Shown one piece after another: positions 59,303 through 64,000 of a stretch of 64,000 nucleotides of DNA. Where the stretch lies: positions 112 to 64,111 of the forward strand of contig CAZVDP010000011.1 in assembly GCA_964625945.1 (NCBI GenBank). The letters run 5' to 3'. Numbering within the stretch: the stretch's first letter is position 1; each line of letters starts with the position of its first letter. A model generated the notes under the pieces. It was not told the DNA's origin. It worked only from the letters and a program-made list of their open reading frames with translations, and ran no database searches. The DNA is from an uncultured Dehalococcoidia bacterium. GTDB taxonomy: Bacteria; Chloroflexota; Dehalococcoidia; Lucifugimonadales; UBA1127. The translations under genes were made by a program, and so were the position numbers.

Positions 59303-59377
59303 GCGGGCGTGACGCAGTGGTAGCGTACTTGCTTCCCAAGCAAGCTGTCGTGGGTTCGAATCCCATCGCCCGCTCCA
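59303..59377 (+). tRNA. tRNA-Gly (anticodon CCC), CCA encoded
   Basis: Hand-folded: acceptor GCGGGCG/CGCCCGC, D stem ACGC/GCGT, anticodon stem CTTGC/GCAAG with loop TTCCCAA, T arm GTGGG-TTCGAAT-CCCAT, discriminator T, CCA. Followed by CTTTTT. Confidence 0.95.
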
Positions 59378-59730
59378 CTTTTTATATCTACCGCCCAGTG
59401 GACCGCGCTATCAACTTGACGAGGGGCTGTTCGGTCCCGTCATCCCTGGCAACCAAGTCAAACCGGTCGGGGGAGTCGAGGAAGCCTTGTCGTTTCTCCT
59501 GCCGAGGGAAATCAATTTTTTCAAAACGGTAATCACGTAATCGTGGCCCCTTTACCAAAAATGGCACGTATCCCTTAAGGATTGCTTGGACCACAGTGAG
59601 AACGGTTCCCACGAGGCATCCAAGCCAGACACAGATCTCTGTTGGGGATCACGGGGGGTTGCGGGTAAAGACAGGGGAGTGCTTGGGCCTCCAAGCACGT
59701 TGTCCTCCCACAACGCCCGTTTGCCAGCCA

Positions 59731-59766
59731 GCAAAGAGCCCCACGAGTAATCCTGGGGCTCTTTGC
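59731..59766 (-). terminator. 13-bp hairpin just downstream of the minus-strand membrane-protein gene
   Basis: gcaaagagcccca / cgagtaatcc / tggggctctttgc. Begins 19 nt after the stop at 59785. Confidence 0.5.
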
Positions 59767-59784
59767 ATAAGAGCGTATCGGCTG

Positions 59785-60396
59785 CTACGCGCTCTTCGCC
59801 CTGATACTAAGGCCCCCCAGCACCAGGTTGGTCAGCATGAATCCTATCCATCCGGCGAACCCTAGCGTGTCCGCATCGACAAAGCTACCAAGAAGCAGAA
59901 TGCCTCCTGCGATGACCGCTAAAGCAGCCGCGCCAACGTGGAAATTCTTGGCTAGGGCGATACCTGCTCCAAGCATAAGTACTAAGACGCCCATTGCAAG
60001 CTGGAACGCCCCCTCCATCGCAAGAGAAACGCCTGCGAGAGTCACTCCGCCTGCGGCCGACGTGGCCTCAGCAATGCCGTACTCGAGACCCAAGTTCATT
60101 ACCAAGCCGGCGACCATTGCCATGCCGAGTACCGTTGCAACGTTTCCGTAAAAGGATCCCGCACCGCCTGCCATAGCCATGCTTCGAGTTATATTTAGAA
60201 CTCCTATAAATACAGCTAACATCCCGCCGTATCCCAAGAGTATCCCTACCTTGGCAGTGCTCGCGTCCGCCATAATTGCCTGTGCTCTCTCCACAGCGCC
60301 CGTTTGTCCGTCATCAGGGTAAAAACCAAACCATCCGACAAAGGACACAATCGTACCGAGCACGAGCAATAACCCTGTTTGCATACTTGATCCCAT
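59785..60396 (-). CDS. Gly/Ala-rich polytopic membrane protein, unknown function
   Basis: Track ORF 59785..60459. ATG 60396 follows AAGGAGG with a 6-nt spacer. About 6 hydrophobic helices. Confidence 0.45.
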   Translation of the reverse strand: MGSSMQTGLLLVLGTIVSFVGWFGFYPDDGQTGAVERAQAIMADASTAKVGILLGYGGMLAVFIGVLNITRSMAMAGGAGSFYGNVATVLGMAMVAGLVMNLGLEYGIAEATSAAGGVTLAGVSLAMEGAFQLAMGVLVLMLGAGIALAKNFHVGAAALAVIAGGILLLGSFVDADTLGFAGWIGFMLTNLVLGGLSIRAKSA

Positions 60397-60578
60397 GACA
60401 TACCTCCTTAATTCATCCGAAACCATAGTTTTTCGTTTTCCATTCCAAGGCGCCGCCAATCACAACCGGACCTGTTCTTTCGTCGTGATTACCCGCCGCA
60501 GGTAATCCGATCGATAAGCAGTGGCCGCTACACAGTTGTCCGCAGTGCGTTGTTAGAAAGACCGGCGCGAATTCGCGA

Positions 60579-61109
60579 TCAGCCGACTTGAATCTCTTGT
60601 GGCTGTTCCTCGAGACTGTCAAGGCCTAGCCGGATGCTGTTGAGCACTCCAGATAGTTGCATCTCTAGGCGCGCCAGGACATCTTGAGCGTATCGGTTGG
60701 ATTCCCTTACTTGCGAATCGCCAAACGTTTGTGCCTTGTTTGTGAGGTCATGCGCGCTACGTTGAGCATCTTGGAGCAATGCATCAGCTCTACGCTTGGC
60801 ATCTGTGAGCAGTTCGTCTGATCGCTTCTCTGCATCAACCACGATCTTGCTTTCATTGATCTTGTTGCGAGACTCGTCTTCCGCAGATGCCTTAATGCGT
60901 CGCGCATCTAGTAACGACTGGTTGATAATCGCCTCGCGCTGTGACAGCATGTCTTGGGCATCCTGAACGTCTTTCGGAATGGCCAAGCGGAGTTGATCAA
61001 CCATCTCCATCATCCGGCCCAAATCTACCACCACTTTTTGCGTGGCCGGAACTCGGGCGCTGGATCCTAAGGTCGTCTCGAGTTTATCCACCAGAGTCAA
61101 AATTTCCAT
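60579..61109 (-). CDS. coiled-coil protein of unknown function (type often auto-annotated as ATPase/ATP-synthase-b-like)
   Basis: 176 aa, highly charged heptad-like sequence (DAQDMLSQREAIINQSLLDARRIKASAEDE...). Directly downstream of coaD on the same strand. Confidence 0.4.
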   Translation of the reverse strand: MEILTLVDKLETTLGSSARVPATQKVVVDLGRMMEMVDQLRLAIPKDVQDAQDMLSQREAIINQSLLDARRIKASAEDESRNKINESKIVVDAEKRSDELLTDAKRRADALLQDAQRSAHDLTNKAQTFGDSQVRESNRYAQDVLARLEMQLSGVLNSIRLGLDSLEEQPQEIQVG

Positions 61110-61133
61110 CCTTCTCCTTTCATCTACCTGGCC

Positions 61134-61619
61134 TTATGGGCCAATCTCACGCAACTTGGTAGCAAGTGCTGCGGCCACATGCGGCGGAACAAGGTCGCGC
61201 ACGTCTGCCCCAAGCTGGGCTATCTCCTTAACGCGTGCCGAACTCAAGAATTGCCATTGCAGATTGCTCATCATGTAGACAGCCTCCACATCGGCAGCAA
61301 GGTTTTTGTTCATGAGAAACATCTCGAACTCGTTTTCAAAGTCTGATCCAGCCCGTAGGCCGCGGATAATCAGCCCGGCCCCAGCTTCGCGTGCCACATC
61401 AACCGTAAGACCGTTAAAGGTCGTCACTTCAACGTTATCGAGTGTATTCACGGCCCCTCGAAACAACGCGACTCTTTCCTGGGCCGTGAAAAGGACATTT
61501 TTGGGCGGAGCTTCGTACACTGCCACAATCACCCCATCAAAAATCCTGCTCGCTCGGTGCACGATATCAATATGGCCATTTGTGACCGGGTCAAAACTGC
61601 CTGGATATACTGCTTTCAC
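61134..61619 (-). CDS. coaD: phosphopantetheine adenylyltransferase
   Basis: MKAVYPGSFDPVTNGHIDIV; typical length of 161 aa. Confidence 0.95.
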   Translation of the reverse strand: MKAVYPGSFDPVTNGHIDIVHRASRIFDGVIVAVYEAPPKNVLFTAQERVALFRGAVNTLDNVEVTTFNGLTVDVAREAGAGLIIRGLRAGSDFENEFEMFLMNKNLAADVEAVYMMSNLQWQFLSSARVKEIAQLGADVRDLVPPHVAAALATKLREIGP

Positions 61620-62170
61620 TGACTAGGTGCTCCTTTGCGATACATGGCCAAGGCGGTGTCACCATAAACACGGCCCTGGAGCTGGCGTAAATCGGCGGTG
61701 GCTCCAGGGGGGTCGTACCGTTTTCCATGCTCCAGAACTATAACGCCGTCATTTCGGAGGAGTCGGGACACCTTGTTAAGATCTGGCACTTTGGCGAGCT
61801 CGCTATAAGGCGGATCCATAAGGATTACTTCATAGGGTCCAGATAGGCTCAGACAAGCCGCCTCTACCGACATCTTGTACACCCGCGCCTTGGGTATGAG
61901 CCCCAAAGCTTCAAGGTTTTCCGAAATCATCGCACACTGTCGCGGGAGGTGCTCAACGAAGTCGGCCCTCGCAGCACCTCGACTGAGCGCTTCGATGCCT
62001 AGCGCACCTGTCCCAGCATAGAGATCGAGTATCGAAGAGCCTGGAAGATCTGGAGCAAGCATAGAGAATAAGGCGCTTCTTACGCGACTAGAGGATGGTC
62101 GTGTGCTCTTGCCAGGGGCAACTTTCAGGGCACGGCCTCGTGCCGTTCCGCCTACTACTCGTACGGTCAT
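61616..62170 (-). CDS. rsmD: 16S rRNA (guanine966-N2)-methyltransferase
   Basis: Track ORF 61616..62188. VVGGTARGRAL, DLYAGTGALGIEALSRG, DPPY. Overlaps the coaD start by 4 nt. Confidence 0.9.
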   Translation of the reverse strand: MTVRVVGGTARGRALKVAPGKSTRPSSSRVRSALFSMLAPDLPGSSILDLYAGTGALGIEALSRGAARADFVEHLPRQCAMISENLEALGLIPKARVYKMSVEAACLSLSGPYEVILMDPPYSELAKVPDLNKVSRLLRNDGVIVLEHGKRYDPPGATADLRQLQGRVYGDTALAMYRKGAPSQ

Positions 62171-62341
62171 TCCTATCGTGCTCCTCAACGACTAATGGGT
62201 GTCGTCGGGAATTCCTGACAGTTATGATTAACATAACCGTTAATAAGGCGAGAGTGTACCAGTACTCCTTGTCCTTGTAAACCCCTTATCGGATCTGGCC
62301 TTTTTGACTCGGTCAGTACTAGCAATAGGTATACTGGGAGG

Positions 62342-63439
62342 ATGAACACTCGGCAATTTCTTTTTGCGATAGCCACTCTAGTCACTTTGTCAGCCTCCTG
62401 CATGGGCCCTGACACCCCCTCACTCCAACTCGATGCGTCTAGCGCCGAGGTTGGCGGGGATGCAGGCATAGATTGGCCACCAGCGCCAGATTTTGCGGGG
62501 ATCAAGACGTGGCTCAACTCTCCGCCGCTTTCACTCGCTGGACTCAAAGGCAAGATAGTAGTTGTCGACTTTTGGACCTATAGCTGTGTCAACTGTATTC
62601 GGACGCTTCCGTATCTCCGAACTTGGCATGAAGCATATTCTGACCTCGGATTGGTGATAGTTGGCGTGCATCGCCCTGAATTCGACTTCGAGAAAGTAGA
62701 GAGCAATGTTCAGGAAGCCTTAGCCAGAGAGGGGATCACATGGCCCATCGCTCTAGATAACGAGTCGGCGACGTGGGACGCGTACCATAATCGCTACTGG
62801 CCTCGCAAATTCCTCATTGACCACCTTGGGCGGATCCGCCGTGATGTCATTGGCGAAGGGCAATACGCGGAAACTGAAGTCTGGATCCGCGAGCTCCTAA
62901 CGGAATCCGGAGTGGACGTTTCTCAAATCCCCCTCGGGCCCTCGGCAGGCCCTGCTCCGGTGAGACATCGTATTACTCGAGAATTGTATGCTGGGACGCG
63001 CTGGGCTCTCGGGAACTATATAGGGAACGCTCCATTTTCATCTGCAACAGGGTTCTCTGAGCCCGACATCTATCGTGACGATGAATTCTATTTGCATGGG
63101 GATTGGCGCTTAACTCCCGAGAGCGCTATACATGCCCGGGAAACATCGGGGTTTGATGATTTCTTCTCGCTGGTTTACAGGGCTGCTTCGGTAAATGTGG
63201 TTGTCGCCCCTGGCCGCGCCTTACCGGTGACGCTGCTCGTGACCCATGCCGACGATCCCATCCCGATAGCGCTTAGAGGAACAGACGTTGTTTTGGATGA
63301 CAGTGGCCAAACCGTCCTCATTGTAGATAGGCCTCGGATGTACAGCGTTATCGCTGCCGCAAATGTTCACACGGGGAAGCTACGGGTTTATGCTAAATCC
63401 GAGGGACTAACCCTCCACACATTCACCTTCGGGCGATAG
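62342..63439 (+). CDS. secreted/lipoprotein-like thioredoxin-fold (redoxin) protein with a DipZ-C-terminal-like extension
   Basis: N-terminal signal-like LFAIATLVTLSASC. Redox motif VVDFWTYSCVNCIRTLPYL (CxxC). About 200-aa C-terminal extension. Confidence 0.7.
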   Translation: MNTRQFLFAIATLVTLSASCMGPDTPSLQLDASSAEVGGDAGIDWPPAPDFAGIKTWLNSPPLSLAGLKGKIVVVDFWTYSCVNCIRTLPYLRTWHEAYSDLGLVIVGVHRPEFDFEKVESNVQEALAREGITWPIALDNESATWDAYHNRYWPRKFLIDHLGRIRRDVIGEGQYAETEVWIRELLTESGVDVSQIPLGPSAGPAPVRHRITRELYAGTRWALGNYIGNAPFSSATGFSEPDIYRDDEFYLHGDWRLTPESAIHARETSGFDDFFSLVYRAASVNVVVAPGRALPVTLLVTHADDPIPIALRGTDVVLDDSGQTVLIVDRPRMYSVIAAANVHTGKLRVYAKSEGLTLHTFTFGR

Positions 63440-63455
63440 AAGGACAGGGATTCTC

Positions 63456-64000
63456 ATGACCGTAAGTCTATCGGTTGCGTTCGTCGCTGGACTTAAGACC
63501 TTGGTTACCCCCTGTACGCTGGCGTTAGCACCAGTTTTCCTTCTAGGGTCACTCGGCAGTTCGTTCTCATTGCAGCCTCTCGGCAAGGAGGGGGTTCGCT
63601 TTAGGTTCCTCGTGGCGGGGGCGACTTTGTTCATCTTGGGGTTCTGCTTTGCGTTTGTCAGCTTGGCATTGCCTGGTTCATTAGCCGAGAGAATCGTGTC
63701 AGGTACCTCCAGCTCTGTCAGCGGCATTGTTGGGGTCCTCGTTATCGGCTATGCTCTGGCGTCCATGCTCCGCCCTTCGTCCCTTAGTTGTATCCCCCAC
63801 AAACGCTTGCTCGCTCTTTCCGTTGCCTATCTTCTCGGGTCAATTTTCGCGGTTAGCTGGATCCCTTGTGTTGGGCCTACTCTTGGCACAATCCTGTCAA
63901 TCGGCCCTGCTTCTGGAAGCGCGATGGCGAAAATCGCCTTGCTCTTCTCCTATTCCTTGGGGATGATGGCACCTTTTTTTGCAACCACTGTCTTCCTGAA
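63456..64000 (+). CDS. ccdA: CcdA/DsbD-family cytochrome c biogenesis thiol-disulfide transporter (5' part, truncated by the window end)
   Basis: My own translation from ATG 63456: MTVSLSVAFVAGLKTLVTPCTLALAPVFLL...AVSWIPCVGPTLGTIL..., with the two membrane-embedded Cys typical of CcdA. Not in the track because there is no stop in the window. Confidence 0.75.
   Translation, partial: MTVSLSVAFVAGLKTLVTPCTLALAPVFLLGSLGSSFSLQPLGKEGVRFRFLVAGATLFILGFCFAFVSLALPGSLAERIVSGTSSSVSGIVGVLVIGYALASMLRPSSLSCIPHKRLLALSVAYLLGSIFAVSWIPCVGPTLGTILSIGPASGSAMAKIALLFSYSLGMMAPFFATTVFL

Noticed and set aside
59303-60600. tRNA-Gly as an integration site of a genomic island
   Set aside because: There is no integrase and no direct repeat of the tRNA 3' end in the downstream sequence within the window. 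The flanking genes (coaD, rsmD) are core.
1-64000. CRISPR arrays, transposases/IS elements, prophage genes, toxin-antitoxin or other defence systems
   Set aside because: I looked for spaced direct repeats, terminal inverted repeats and the characteristic protein motifs and found none. The window appears to be conserved core chromosome.

Overview
Gene-dense bacterial chromosomal window: about 60 CDS and 2 tRNAs. I saw no rRNA, CRISPR array, transposase or integrase, and it is almost entirely core or central metabolism. Read left to right: ahcY-metK (methyl cycle), a phosphohexomutase, tatA, hydrolases, an MFS exporter, an aminotransferase, rsmI plus an eRF1/VLRF1-like factor, a CapA-like protein and amidohydrolases, metG plus polyprenyl synthase, lipA, gltX, tRNA-Arg(UCU), a yvcK-like gene, glmS, a complete caa3-type cytochrome c oxidase operon (coxB-ctaD-ctaE-orf70-coxIV-ctaG) with a divergent fused ctaA-ctaB, split transketolase, plsY, a PHP phosphatase, rny, a small OCD / HIBADH-like / amidohydrolase cluster, purF-purM-purH, a GT2, a DUF4392-like protein, an atypical IscA-like protein, htrA, an overlapping LLM oxidoreductase + homocysteine S-methyltransferase pair lying divergent to gcvT-gcvH-gcvPA-gcvPB, a penicillin-acylase-family protein, tRNA-Gly(CCC), rsmD-coaD, and a thioredoxin-like protein plus ccdA (cut by the window edge). 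The gene content (RNase Y, PlsY, split transketolase, VLRF1-type factor, many amidohydrolase/LLM enzymes) fits a Chloroflexota-like or related lineage, but that is inference only. The best-supported unusual feature is an AhpE-type peroxiredoxin whose peroxidatic Cys codon is an in-frame TGA with a downstream hairpin. It is probably a selenoprotein, which the ORF track splits into two fragments. The other observations are lower-confidence hypotheses. I found no convincing novel multi-gene system such as a defence island or mobile element, and I say so rather than force one.
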